Part shown: piece after piece, positions 16,437 to 26,065 of the stretch
Layout: each line of letters starts with the position of its first letter
Numbering within the stretch: the first letter of the stretch is position 1
Source of the DNA: a virus
Lineage: Duplodnaviria > Caudoviricetes
Reading direction: 5' to 3' (one strand)
DNA: 38,978 nucleotides
IMG/VR virus record: IMGVR_UViG_3300040733_000052
Location: 1 to 38,978 of that record
The notes under the pieces: generated by a model
Database searches by the model: none
What the model was told of the DNA's origin: nothing
What the model saw: the letters and a program-made list of their open reading frames with translations, nothing else
Made by a program: the position numbers and the translations under genes

Positions 16437-17265
16437 CAACAGGGCTATAACCTATGATATCATTCCGGATTTCCAGAACGCGATCATGAGTGGCGTGATG
16501 ACGGCATACCTATACGGCCGTATCAGCGGGTATGGAGATGTTGTAAAGCAAACTCGCGGCAAACATATACGGGCACCGAACCTGAGATTCGCTACTCCCG
16601 ACTGGAGCCAGACGGTCGCCGTGCTTAAAATCATTCTGCGAAACGATTCTAAACTCGTGAAAGGGTTGCTCGGGATTATCGGTACGCGGCTTATAAAAAA
16701 CGAAGCAGAAGCGTTTGATGAATACTTCCGACCGAGTGAAAAGGCAATGAGCTTCATGAGCCAGTACACCGTAAAGCTCGCGGGGATCGAAGCGCAGGAT
16801 ACGCTACGATACGTGTCGGGACTTGTTAAGGATACGATCGAGACTGGGATGAGCGCACAACAGGCAACGAAATACCTCAGCGAAAAGCTTACGGAGTTTG
16901 CACGTAACCGGGCGAAAGCAATCGCCGTAACGGAAGCGACGCGTGCGTATAACGTAGGAACCCTCGAAGAGTGCCAGAGCAGCACGATTCTCGATGGATA
17001 TCGTTTCAACGCGGTACTTGATATGCTCACAACAAAAATATGCCGAGAACGCGATAACCTATTCATCCCTGCTCATGATACGAGTGCGATCGCAACGAAT
17101 ACACCACCGCTGCACGTAAACTGCCGATCGAATCTCGAACCTGTTACGAAATATTCCAAGCGGAAGGATCAGTATAAAAACATCAATGATACGTATCTCA
17201 CAACACAATCGAAACAGCGCCCGGAGGATATCGCGACGATACTCTCAGTGCTGAATCAATACTGA
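16333..17265 (+). CDS. Minor head/head morphogenesis protein (Mu gpF/SPP1 gp7-like)
   Basis: 'RAKAIAVTEATRAYN', 'AVLD..TTKIC', 'PPLHVNCRS'. Confidence 0.9.
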   Translation: MPTAVMTKTALSYAENRITHYLMSPWKRLRQAVIDNRAITYDIIPDFQNAIMSGVMTAYLYGRISGYGDVVKQTRGKHIRAPNLRFATPDWSQTVAVLKIILRNDSKLVKGLLGIIGTRLIKNEAEAFDEYFRPSEKAMSFMSQYTVKLAGIEAQDTLRYVSGLVKDTIETGMSAQQATKYLSEKLTEFARNRAKAIAVTEATRAYNVGTLEECQSSTILDGYRFNAVLDMLTTKICRERDNLFIPAHDTSAIATNTPPLHVNCRSNLEPVTKYSKRKDQYKNINDTYLTTQSKQRPEDIATILSVLNQY

Positions 17266-17286
17266 AACTGGAGGTGGAATTAAACC

Positions 17287-17634
17287 ATGTGGATGAAATT
17301 CATACAGCCAAGTAGTGCAGAGTTAGAAAGCACGCATTACGTAAATATTGAAAATAGAAGTGGTTTCGTTATCGAATATCGTAATGGCGCCAGTATATTG
17401 CTAATTATCTTTACCGGGAAAGAAATCATGCTAGATGACGCTAAATATTCTTATCTGTTAGCGCATAGAGATATTCACGAGGATATATCCGAAGATATGC
17501 TCGATGAGCTATACCAAAAAATCATAGGACAGATCGACTTACTTCTAAATAGCAAAGTTGAACTTATCGATTTTTCTGATATTTTAACAAAATTAGTAGC
17601 AAAGGAAAAGAATAAACGTAACGAGGTTATGTAA
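17287..17634 (+). CDS. Hypothetical protein (AT-rich insert)
   Basis: GGAGGTG RBS, 115 aa, followed by its own terminator. Confidence 0.65.
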   Translation: MWMKFIQPSSAELESTHYVNIENRSGFVIEYRNGASILLIIFTGKEIMLDDAKYSYLLAHRDIHEDISEDMLDELYQKIIGQIDLLLNSKVELIDFSDILTKLVAKEKNKRNEVM

Positions 17635-17660
17635 CAAACAATCGAATAATACTCACAAAG

Positions 17661-17683
17661 AAGAGCCGAAAGGCTCTTTTTTT
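17661..17683 (+). terminator. Rho-independent terminator
   Basis: AAGAGCC-GAAA-GGCTCTT followed by a T run. Confidence 0.85.
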
Positions 17684-17704
17684 ATTGGGAGAGTGATAAC
17701 ACGC

Positions 17705-17830
17705 ATGTATTTCGTAGTGTTTGTTTTAAGCGCCGGGTTCGGTCTGGCATTAGGGTTCTACGCCGGGTTGACTGCAAAGGATACGGTTAAGAAAGAGCGT
17801 GGGGAAACATGCAGGAAAAGGCGCCGTTAG
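17705..17830 (+). CDS. Small membrane protein, 41 aa (MYFVVFVLSAGFGLALGFYAGLTAKDTVKKERGETCRKRRR); not in ORF track
   Basis: GGGAG RBS, one TM helix plus a basic tail; overlaps the GT2 start. Confidence 0.5.
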   Translation: MYFVVFVLSAGFGLALGFYAGLTAKDTVKKERGETCRKRRR

Positions 17831-18714
17831 TATCTATCCTAATCAACAACTATAACTACGGGCGCTATATTGCGCGTTGTATCGATTCTATGCTTGAGCA
17901 AACGTATCCGAACATCGAGATTATCGTATATGACGATTGTTCGACGGATAACTCCCTGGAAATACTATCACGGTATGACAGCAAAATAACGGTTATTGTC
18001 TCGGAGATAAACGCCGGTCGGGTGTTCGAAGGAACGAACCGGATGATAGAGCAGGCGCGCGGGAAGTACATATACACATACGACTCGGACGACTGGTTAG
18101 AGCCGAACACTATTGAAGAATCGGAAAAGATACTCGAATCGGATCCCAAAATCGATTACGTGTACTCCGCGGCGTATGTGCACTACGATGACGGGCGATG
18201 CACGGAAATCTGGCCCGTAAGGGATTATACAGTCGCGGAAGCCGTCCGGGAAACGTTTCAAAGGCAAGGCAGTGGGGTTATCGCAACAAAAGGCTTATTC
18301 CGGGCATCTTTCCTGAAAAAGCATGGATACATCCAATACCTCGGCAGTGATGTAGATACCGTATCGTTTCTCCATTACCTGAAGCACGGGCTGCGAACGA
18401 AAGCGTTGAATGTTCCGTTGAGACATTACCGGGTGCATTCTTCAAGCCATACGCGCTACGTTGCGTTGAGGGTGAAAGCTATCAATTCAATCCTGAGATA
18501 CATCGTAGCCAACTTCGACCCGCGAATATACCTGCCGGAAATGCCAGAGAACATGCGGCCTAAATACCTGAATCGTTTCTTTCTCGAAGTTGCAGACAAC
18601 TATCTTAACAACAGATTACCGGCGTTTGTAGCGCATCACGTAACGCGAGAAGAGATGCTGCACTGCTGCGCGCCGTTGTTCGAATCAGCACGAATCTATT
18701 CGAAAGGAGCATGA
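17809..18714 (+). CDS. Glycosyltransferase family 2 (GT-A)
   Basis: 'PLVSILINNYNYGRYIARCIDSMLEQTYPNIEIIVYDDCSTD' and DxD motif 'YDSDD'. Confidence 0.95.
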   Translation: MQEKAPLVSILINNYNYGRYIARCIDSMLEQTYPNIEIIVYDDCSTDNSLEILSRYDSKITVIVSEINAGRVFEGTNRMIEQARGKYIYTYDSDDWLEPNTIEESEKILESDPKIDYVYSAAYVHYDDGRCTEIWPVRDYTVAEAVRETFQRQGSGVIATKGLFRASFLKKHGYIQYLGSDVDTVSFLHYLKHGLRTKALNVPLRHYRVHSSSHTRYVALRVKAINSILRYIVANFDPRIYLPEMPENMRPKYLNRFFLEVADNYLNNRLPAFVAHHVTREEMLHCCAPLFESARIYSKGA

Positions 18715-20888
18715 ACATTATGTTAGTTAGCGTTGCAATGATTGTAAGGGACGAGGAGAAAAACATAGAAAGAGCGCTTCGAAGCGTTCTACCGGTAGCG
18801 GATGAGATAGTGATACTTGACACAGGATCCGCCGATCGGACAAAAGAGATTATTACTGGACTCAATGAACCAAAAATCAAACTTAGCGATCACGAATGGA
18901 AAGACGATTTCAGTGAAGCGAGAAACGCGTCGATTGCGTTATGTACCGGCGATTGGATATTTGTCTACGACGGAGATGAAGAGCTTACCGAAGAGGCGCA
19001 GAAAGAATTACGCCCGTTGCTCGAATCGCAACCCCCAGAAGTAAACACTGTCTCGATGATTACAAGAAACATCATTACGGATACGCTAAGTGACACACTC
19101 ACACTGCCAAGGATATTTCGACGCGGCACGATTGCTTATAAATTCTCGGTACATAACCATCCGCAATACGAGCAGGAAGTCATCACAACGAACCTGACAT
19201 CGAAACACTACGGATATCAATGGACTCCGGAACTGCGTGAGAAGAAACGTAAACGTCTCCTGTCGATGATGGAAAAGATACTAAAAGACGGGACTCTCAA
19301 TGAGATGGAACAGCTCTACTACAAAGCCCAATACTATAAGACCCTACTGGTATGTGAACGAAAAGAGGAAGCGTACGCTTACGGCAAGGCCTTGTTCTCA
19401 GAGATACAGGCTGGGAAACCCATCCCGGTAATGATGCATGATATGTTTATTCTCCTGGGGCTTCAAGCGCTCGAATACTGCGATCCGGACGTCATGCGTT
19501 CGTGTATCCAGGCTGCGCGTGGATTGTCTCCAGATTGCCCGGATTCGTTCATTATCGAAGAACTGCTGTACAACACACTCAAACAACCCCTTAATACGAA
19601 TAAGGCGTTCGATGCGTACATGAGCAAAATGGAAACGTACGACAAGAGCGAATGCCCATTCACATTACAGTATGAAAAGTACAACGACATAGCAAAGATT
19701 ATCGGCGCGAAAGCCGCAGTCGAAACCGGGATAACCAGTCAAGGATTCGGTATTCTCCGGAGTGCAAAGCCAACAACCATTACTACGTGGGCGGTGGATG
19801 AACTTATAACGACTCTCGCGAAAACACAACACGTAAAAGTGCTCAAACGATTCGAACCGGCTGTTCTCAAGCTTGCGGATCGCGAACGGATCAATCTTTC
19901 CCCGTACTACTCACGGTTGTATAGCGAACTCAATCACGAAATGGCGACAAAGCGGAAAAAGATAGCGATTATCGTTGCGCCAGGACTTGCTTCGTTCCTT
20001 CACGGCGCCCGGCACGAACTTGCCCTGGATTATATCGTGCAAACGGCAATGGTTAGCGATATAGAACATGCAAAGAAATTCATCGAGTGGGCGGATCTCG
20101 TATGGTACGAATTTGGAAACGAACTCGCGATAGCCGGTACAAACAAATACCCGGCTAAGAAGACTATCATTCGCGTACACGCGTACGAAGCGTACAGCGG
20201 ATTCTTGAAACTAATTAACTATAACAACGTAGATTGCATGATGTTCGAAGCCAATCATATCTACGAGCTTGCGAAAGATATAGTGCCTGCGGATAAAGTT
20301 GCGCTCGTACCAATGGGCGTGGATACGAAGAAGTTTGTTTACGGGCAGCATGGAGCCGGTTACAAGATCGCTTACGCCGGACATATCAACGCGCTTAAAA
20401 ACCCGATGATGATGGTACAAATCATGAGCCAGCTCGTGCGATTGGATTCCCGATATGAATTGTATTGGGCCGGTGAGATCCAAGATATTAGGCTATGGCA
20501 ATACCTCACGCATATCATTACACAACTCGGTTTAGAACGGAACATTCACTTCGTAGGGTACCAAAAAGACATGAACGCTTTCTTCGAAGACAAAAACTAC
20601 TTCCTCTCGACATCCTACACCGAAGGAACAGGAATGGCAATCCTTGAAGCCGAAAGTAAAGGGATTAAGCCAATCATCCATCACTTCTGGGGCGCCACTG
20701 ATATATACCCCAATGAATATCTCTACAACACCGTGGATGAAGCGGTAAGGATGATCCTTGAAGATAGATACGATTGTGAAGCTTACAGGTTACACGCCGA
20801 AGGCCACGGCGAAGCAACACAACTACAAGCAATCAACGAAATAATCAAGAATCTATTAGCTGAACCACAGGAGGTGAAAGTGGTGTGA
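18711..20888 (+). CDS. Bifunctional glycosyltransferase: GT2 + TPR-like helical region + GT4-like (GT-B)
   Basis: N-terminal 'SVAMIVRDEE...DTGSAD.T...DFSEARN...DGDE'; C-terminal 'PMGVD', 'KNP', 'STSYTEGTGMAILEA' (ExxxxxxxE). Confidence 0.9.
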   Translation: MNIMLVSVAMIVRDEEKNIERALRSVLPVADEIVILDTGSADRTKEIITGLNEPKIKLSDHEWKDDFSEARNASIALCTGDWIFVYDGDEELTEEAQKELRPLLESQPPEVNTVSMITRNIITDTLSDTLTLPRIFRRGTIAYKFSVHNHPQYEQEVITTNLTSKHYGYQWTPELREKKRKRLLSMMEKILKDGTLNEMEQLYYKAQYYKTLLVCERKEEAYAYGKALFSEIQAGKPIPVMMHDMFILLGLQALEYCDPDVMRSCIQAARGLSPDCPDSFIIEELLYNTLKQPLNTNKAFDAYMSKMETYDKSECPFTLQYEKYNDIAKIIGAKAAVETGITSQGFGILRSAKPTTITTWAVDELITTLAKTQHVKVLKRFEPAVLKLADRERINLSPYYSRLYSELNHEMATKRKKIAIIVAPGLASFLHGARHELALDYIVQTAMVSDIEHAKKFIEWADLVWYEFGNELAIAGTNKYPAKKTIIRVHAYEAYSGFLKLINYNNVDCMMFEANHIYELAKDIVPADKVALVPMGVDTKKFVYGQHGAGYKIAYAGHINALKNPMMMVQIMSQLVRLDSRYELYWAGEIQDIRLWQYLTHIITQLGLERNIHFVGYQKDMNAFFEDKNYFLSTSYTEGTGMAILEAESKGIKPIIHHFWGATDIYPNEYLYNTVDEAVRMILEDRYDCEAYRLHAEGHGEATQLQAINEIIKNLLAEPQEVKVV

Positions 20889-21823
20889 CAAAAGAGATAC
20901 TCATCCTGCCTTTCCAGACGTTCTACGATTCCCGCTTTGGCAGGGTTGAACACTCAAAGAGAATCGCGGAACAACTCATAAAGAACCTTGAGCGAAGGCT
21001 AGTGCCTTATCCGATACCAGTTCTGCTTTCGCATAAGAGCGATAGCGGGAAGTATGGGGAGGTAAAGACCTTACGAATGAAAAGCGAAGGGCTTGCGGCA
21101 GATATCGAATTCAACGAAGAAGGCGAGAAGCTTATTAAATCTGGGCGGTACGATTTCCTAAGCCCAGCCTATCACGAAAACTATGTTAACAAGGCGACCG
21201 GACAGGGCGAAGGCGAAACGCTTGTAGAGGTATCGCTTACCCCTATCCCAGCACAACCCGGGATGCAACGGATAACGTTAACGGATGCGGATGGAGACAA
21301 AGAACTCGTTACCTGGAATGTTGAGATTGACATAGAGGCGGATGAAAAAACTAACAAAGGAGCGAAGAGAATGCCACCTGATACGACGGAATTTAGTGTT
21401 ATCAAGCGCTACGAAGAAGAGCTCGCAGACTTGAAAACACAAAACAAACAGTTTGAAGAGAAGCTGGAAGCTCAAGCCGAAACACTTACAAAGCAATTCG
21501 GTGAGCAGATGAAGGAAAAAGACGGCCAGATCAAGAAGTTAACCGATGATCTCGGAGCAATTAAAAAAGAAAAACACGCGCTGCACGTGAAGCAATGGGC
21601 TGACGGATGGTTAGCAAAGAATAAAACTCCGGCACTCATAAAAACATTATCTGATAAGTTACTCGAAGACGAGACGCAGGAAACGTTCTTCGATTCTATT
21701 CTTGAGGCAACAACCGGGATCCCGACGAATCGATTGATCGGGTATTCCGAGGCAATAACACCACCGGAAGGGCTCGATATAGATAAACTGGCTAGAACAT
21801 TAGCCGGTGTGGAGGTGAAATAA
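20885..21823 (+). CDS. Prohead protease/scaffold (Mu gpI-like)
   Basis: Catalytic His 'LLSH', 'YDFLSP' Ser, 'VSLTPIPAQPGM', and a C-terminal coiled coil. Confidence 0.85.
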   Translation: MTKEILILPFQTFYDSRFGRVEHSKRIAEQLIKNLERRLVPYPIPVLLSHKSDSGKYGEVKTLRMKSEGLAADIEFNEEGEKLIKSGRYDFLSPAYHENYVNKATGQGEGETLVEVSLTPIPAQPGMQRITLTDADGDKELVTWNVEIDIEADEKTNKGAKRMPPDTTEFSVIKRYEEELADLKTQNKQFEEKLEAQAETLTKQFGEQMKEKDGQIKKLTDDLGAIKKEKHALHVKQWADGWLAKNKTPALIKTLSDKLLEDETQETFFDSILEATTGIPTNRLIGYSEAITPPEGLDIDKLARTLAGVEVK

Positions 21824-22347
21824 TGAGTGTAAAGACTAAGGGATTTGAAAACGGGTACGAACAGCTCGTATCCGTTGCAACCGCCGCAACGCTCGAGGCG
21901 TTTCAGGTTATGGGGTGGGATAACCTTACAGGAATGTATAAGCCAACACCGACGGCGGTTACTGTAACGACAACGATGGCTACAACAGCCAATACGGCAT
22001 TATCCGCGGCATCCTATGCTATCGAATACGGTTCGCCGGAAATACTCTCAGTATCCGTAGGGACGGCCGCTACAAAAATAAGCACTAACTATGCAACAAA
22101 GGTCATAACCATCTCGAGCCAAACGTTGTCCGCAGTTATTTCGATTGGCTATAACATGTACACGTATGACCCTTGTGCGATGCTGTCCGAAGGCGTTGAT
22201 AAAGCTCAAACGCCGGGATACGCGAAGATGTTGCTTAATGGCGTAGTGAATGATTCAGATTTATACGGTACGTTAAGCGCCGATACGAAAGCGAGACTCG
22301 CAAAGAACGGAGTAATCGTATTTGAACGAGAAGAGGTGACCGGATAA
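21823..22347 (+). CDS. Head decoration protein (lambda gpD-like position) with Thr/Ser/Ala-rich insertion
   Basis: Between protease and capsid genes; C-terminal 'LLNGVVNDSDL...ARLAKNGVIV'. Confidence 0.65.
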   Translation: MSVKTKGFENGYEQLVSVATAATLEAFQVMGWDNLTGMYKPTPTAVTVTTTMATTANTALSAASYAIEYGSPEILSVSVGTAATKISTNYATKVITISSQTLSAVISIGYNMYTYDPCAMLSEGVDKAQTPGYAKMLLNGVVNDSDLYGTLSADTKARLAKNGVIVFEREEVTG

Positions 22348-23408
22348 TGGCTACGTTTAATAGTGCTACTTGGTCTATATTATTGACTAAAGTATTTCAA
22401 CAGATGCGAGATGAACCGTTCTTCCTGACGCAACTACTCGGTTCGAACAAAGTATACAGCCCTGCGACTACTATAAAATGGCGGCAGATTACGACCTCCG
22501 GCAAGATGAGCTCCATCGGATTGCGTGACGACCCCGCACGACAAATCGACTACAAGAATACTGCCGAAGATATTACGGTTACACCGCCTCAAATCTTCGA
22601 ACGTGATGGTATTGAATCGACAGAAGCATTAACGAATTCTTTTAATCTTAACGAGCTTGCGAACCTCGCATCCGGATCGGATATCTCCCGCTCGTTCAAT
22701 TATTCATACGGGGTTAAGTTGCAAGGTTTGAGAGACAGGATGAAACGAAGGATCGAATACATGTACTCGCAACTCCTATTAACAGGGAAGATATCATTCT
22801 CAACTACCGAACGGACATTTGAGCAGGATTATTCGACCGTAATTTCCGGTACGCTTGCTGTAAATTCGGGTACTGACCCGTTGCAATTGATTCGAAGAGA
22901 ATGTCAAGCGTTTTCGCAGGCGCTTGGAATGTGGCCAGACGTAATCTTGATGACTCCTTATCTCGCAGACGCGATTATGATACATGCGAAAACGGAAAAG
23001 TACCTCAACAAAAATACCTACGATATGATGAGAGTCACACCCCGGTACCAGAACCCCGGTGTTTATTACGTGACGCGCGTCCCGGCGTTGGGGATTCCGG
23101 ATATCTATGTGTATTCCAGCACCTACGTAAACGATTCTAATGTAGCCACGGAATATATCCCGGAATCATCGAGTACGAGCGGTAAGATGATATTACTGAA
23201 CACAAGCCAATTCGCATTGGGTTACGCTGCGGTAATCGATTTTGAGCTTAAACCCGATGGGTCCCCAATAATAACGGACGTTATCGTAAAAGAAAGAATC
23301 CCCGAAGCCTCCGAAGGCCACGCGAAAACGTTATCGCTTCTTTCTTATCCTCTCCCGATTCTGTACAACGCTAACGCGTGTAAGACGTACACGACTACTA
23401 TCTCATAA
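22347..23408 (+). CDS. Major capsid protein (lambda gpE-like, HK97 fold)
   Basis: 353 aa; 'RRIEYMYSQLLLTGK', 'DPLQLI', 'PDVILM', 'SYPLP'. Followed by a terminator. Confidence 0.85.
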   Translation: MATFNSATWSILLTKVFQQMRDEPFFLTQLLGSNKVYSPATTIKWRQITTSGKMSSIGLRDDPARQIDYKNTAEDITVTPPQIFERDGIESTEALTNSFNLNELANLASGSDISRSFNYSYGVKLQGLRDRMKRRIEYMYSQLLLTGKISFSTTERTFEQDYSTVISGTLAVNSGTDPLQLIRRECQAFSQALGMWPDVILMTPYLADAIMIHAKTEKYLNKNTYDMMRVTPRYQNPGVYYVTRVPALGIPDIYVYSSTYVNDSNVATEYIPESSSTSGKMILLNTSQFALGYAAVIDFELKPDGSPIITDVIVKERIPEASEGHAKTLSLLSYPLPILYNANACKTYTTTIS

Positions 23409-23441
23409 GAGCTTGCCGGGTAACCGGCTCGCTCTCTTTTT
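23408..23441 (+). terminator. Terminator after the capsid gene
   Basis: AGAGC..GCCGG-GTAA-CCGGC..GCTCT followed by a T run. Confidence 0.7.
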
Positions 23442-23454
23442 GAGGTGACAGAGT

Positions 23455-23799
23455 ATGACAGTAGCACAACTAAAAGCGAAATTCCCGCAAGACCTTATCA
23501 ACAGTTTGACGGAATCTGACGACAGCATTATCACGACGCTAATAACGGAAGCGGAAACTTTTATCAACTCGATTATAGCCATCACTGACGCAACGCTCAA
23601 AGAAATACACGAGACATCCTACGTGATCTACCGCCTGTATGAACGGCATGGATACGAGGAACAGGCGCAAGCGTACTACGATCGGTTGATGAACGCACTA
23701 AAGCGTACGACAGGCTTGGATACCGCGGCACCTTCCGCCCAGCACTATATCACCGCGGGCACTCAAGTATTCACAACGACAGTACTGGACAAGTGGTAA
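23455..23799 (+). CDS. Head-tail adaptor (Mu gp36/DUF1320-like)
   Basis: Position after the capsid gene; 'ITEAETFINS', 'IYRLYER', 'YDRLMNALK'. Confidence 0.7.
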   Translation: MTVAQLKAKFPQDLINSLTESDDSIITTLITEAETFINSIIAITDATLKEIHETSYVIYRLYERHGYEEQAQAYYDRLMNALKRTTGLDTAAPSAQHYITAGTQVFTTTVLDKW

Positions 23800-23805
23800 T
23801 GATAT

Positions 23806-24273
23806 ATGGCTGTAACCTTTACCTACAACGACAGAGAGCTTACAGAAGCGTTTAAGACATTAAGAAATAACGTACACGACTTGTCGAAGCCGATGCGGGA
23901 TATAGCGGTATATATGAAAGAGGAAGTACTCGAGAACTTTGAACAGGAAGGCAGATCGAAACGTTGGGCCCCGCTTAGCCCTAAGACAAAGGAAATAAAG
24001 GAAAAGAAAAAAGGTACTACCGGAAAAATTCTCGAGTTCCATGGGCGACTTATACAATCCATCAATCTTCGATCGGACAAGAACGAGGCCTCGGTGTTTA
24101 CTGGGGTGTTTTACGGTGTGTATCACCAAACGGGAACGCGAAAGATGCCACAACGCGCGTTCATGCCCTATGATTCGGCAAGCAATATCCCTCCGTTTGA
24201 TAAAGAGGGGCTGGAGAATATCAAATCAATCATGTCCGATCACTTGGCGAAGGCGGCGAATCAAAATGTATAG
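23806..24273 (+). CDS. Virion morphogenesis / tail completion protein (Mu gpG-like)
   Basis: 'ENFEQEG...WAPLSP.T', 'GRLIQSI', 'YHQTGT.KMPQRAFM'. Confidence 0.85.
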   Translation: MAVTFTYNDRELTEAFKTLRNNVHDLSKPMRDIAVYMKEEVLENFEQEGRSKRWAPLSPKTKEIKEKKKGTTGKILEFHGRLIQSINLRSDKNEASVFTGVFYGVYHQTGTRKMPQRAFMPYDSASNIPPFDKEGLENIKSIMSDHLAKAANQNV

Positions 24274-24688
24274 CTCGGTTATGTTAGATATCAAAAGCGC
24301 GCTTATGCAAGAATTCCAAACCATTAGAACTGTCATAGGCGCGTTAAATTGGGAAAAGAACGTGATTTACCCACTAATCGAAATACTCCCAGGAAATGCT
24401 GATAGAGCCGTATACGTAGGGACCGGCGGAGTCGCTAAGGAAAAGATGGCATTTACGGTTATCTACGCTAATCGCGGCGTGTTTTCGCAGGCCGAAGAGC
24501 TCGAAAAAACTAACGCCGAAGCCGCAGATCAGATCGTTACATTGTTCAGAAACCGCAACGCGACAATAGAAGGTAGGCGAGTTATATACCAGGTTCCCGG
24601 TTACTCTTTAGAGCGGGTACTGGTTGAATCGAAAGACCACTACGTAGTGGCAGCGGCAATCGAAATACAAATAGAAACGGTGAGGTGA
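24266..24688 (+). CDS. Putative tail terminator
   Basis: Start MYSSV at 24266; 140 aa with 'YPLIEI'; immediately precedes the tail tube gene. Confidence 0.6.
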   Translation: MYSSVMLDIKSALMQEFQTIRTVIGALNWEKNVIYPLIEILPGNADRAVYVGTGGVAKEKMAFTVIYANRGVFSQAEELEKTNAEAADQIVTLFRNRNATIEGRRVIYQVPGYSLERVLVESKDHYVVAAAIEIQIETVR

Positions 24689-24692
24689 TAGA

Positions 24693-25490
24693 GTGTCAAC
24701 TTTGCAAGGTTCACAGATGCACGTAATGGGTAGGCAAGAATCCGTAAGCACGCTTGTACACTTAGGCTTACTCAAAAGCCTTTCCCCGCAAATATCGACT
24801 GAATCGATGCAGGAAAAGGGAATAGGCGGCTATACAAGGACACGGATGACGAAATATGATTACGCAATAAGTTTAGGCGGGCTCGTTACAAACAAGGACG
24901 TGCTCGATATGGCTAAGGTTGTTTCCGGAACCGGATTACCTCCAGCATGTGTACTCAGGTTGCATGATATGACTTTAAATTCGGTGTACTTAGGCAATAT
25001 GAGTATCAGCGGTGGAGAAAATGCCCCTCTTGAGTATTCGGTAGATGGTAAGTTTTTATCGTTAACCACGGGAGTAAGTGCTCCTACCCTCATCGCGCCT
25101 GAGGATTTCTTCGTATTTTCAGATGCGACGATTACATGGGGGAGTGAGACGGATACGATTAAGTCGTTTGTAGTTAATAAGAATCAAGATGTCGGGCTTA
25201 TCTACGGAACATCCATGGCCCCTATTGAACCCGAGATAGGTACCGCAGCCTACGACGGAGAATTCGTATTAGCTGCTTCAACGGTAAGCAAGATAGCTTC
25301 CGGCGCGTGGGACCCGTCAAAAGCTGCAATAACATTTAACATCGCGTTTGTTGACCCGTCAAGTGCCTCGCACACAGTGACATTAGCGGGTACCGGTGCA
25401 AAAATATCTGGAGCGGCGGGATCGGTAGACCCTGATTCAGATTTCGAGGTTACGCAGGGGTTTACGTTCGATACATTGACAATATCATAG
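24693..25490 (+). CDS. Major tail (tube) protein
   Basis: 265-aa beta-rich protein before a terminator, chaperone and TMP. No sheath-sized gene is present. Confidence 0.75.
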   Translation: MSTLQGSQMHVMGRQESVSTLVHLGLLKSLSPQISTESMQEKGIGGYTRTRMTKYDYAISLGGLVTNKDVLDMAKVVSGTGLPPACVLRLHDMTLNSVYLGNMSISGGENAPLEYSVDGKFLSLTTGVSAPTLIAPEDFFVFSDATITWGSETDTIKSFVVNKNQDVGLIYGTSMAPIEPEIGTAAYDGEFVLAASTVSKIASGAWDPSKAAITFNIAFVDPSSASHTVTLAGTGAKISGAAGSVDPDSDFEVTQGFTFDTLTIS

Positions 25491-25493
25491 GTG

Positions 25494-25516
25494 GCGCGGG
25501 GTTCCCCCGCGCTTTT
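25494..25516 (+). terminator. Terminator after the tail tube gene
   Basis: GCGCGGGG-TTC-CCCCGCGC followed by TTTT. Confidence 0.8.
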
Positions 25517-25542
25517 ACTTTATTTGAAGGGAGAGAAAAAAT

Positions 25543-25887
25543 ATGAATTTATTTATTGGCCCGCAAGATACCTATACGATAAAGGTGGCGGATACGGAGA
25601 TCACTTTGAAACCGTTATACGCAGATGATTATTTTATGAGCGTAGGTTTGTTTCGAACGATCGCGAAACTGTTTACTACCGGGCAAAATATGGATAAGCA
25701 GGATATTGAGAAGACTTATGACCTTCTCGCAAAACACATCGAAAAGATTGACGGGGTAACCGAAATTACACGCGACATTATCAAAACGATGAACCCGGCG
25801 GCAATGACCGAAATTGTGATGGAGATTGCGAAGCATACGCAGCTAGAAGGCAAGGATAAATCCTTTCGTCAAGGCTCAGATACTTAA
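25543..25887 (+). CDS. Tail assembly chaperone (gpG-like)
   Basis: Position between the tail tube and tape measure genes; 114 aa. Confidence 0.75.
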   Translation: MNLFIGPQDTYTIKVADTEITLKPLYADDYFMSVGLFRTIAKLFTTGQNMDKQDIEKTYDLLAKHIEKIDGVTEITRDIIKTMNPAAMTEIVMEIAKHTQLEGKDKSFRQGSDT

Positions 25888-26065
25888 AGGAGATATACCT
25901 ATCGAATATAGTTTATATCGAAGAATAGGAACGCTTCCCTGGGGATGGAAAACGCCGATGAGAACGGTATTCGCACTATGCGAATATGATAGGCAAATAA
26001 ATAGTATGACTCGCAGCGGAGGCGAGAACTATAAGGCGGTGAAAAATGTCAGAACCCAAAGTTGA
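25865..26065 (+). CDS. Frameshift extension of the tail chaperone (gpT-like, +1 frame)
   Basis: 66 open codons (FVKAQILKG...TLPWGW...RTQS) starting at TCC TTT CGT and reaching the TMP start. The -1 frame stops at 25928. Confidence 0.6.
   Translation, partial: FVKAQILKGDIPIEYSLYRRIGTLPWGWKTPMRTVFALCEYDRQINSMTRSGGENYKAVKNVRTQS

Noticed and set aside
24693-25490. Contractile (Mu-like myovirus) tail, suggested by the Mu-like head genes
   Set aside because: No sheath or baseplate J/wedge genes recognisable; a single tube-sized gene precedes the chaperone and TMP.
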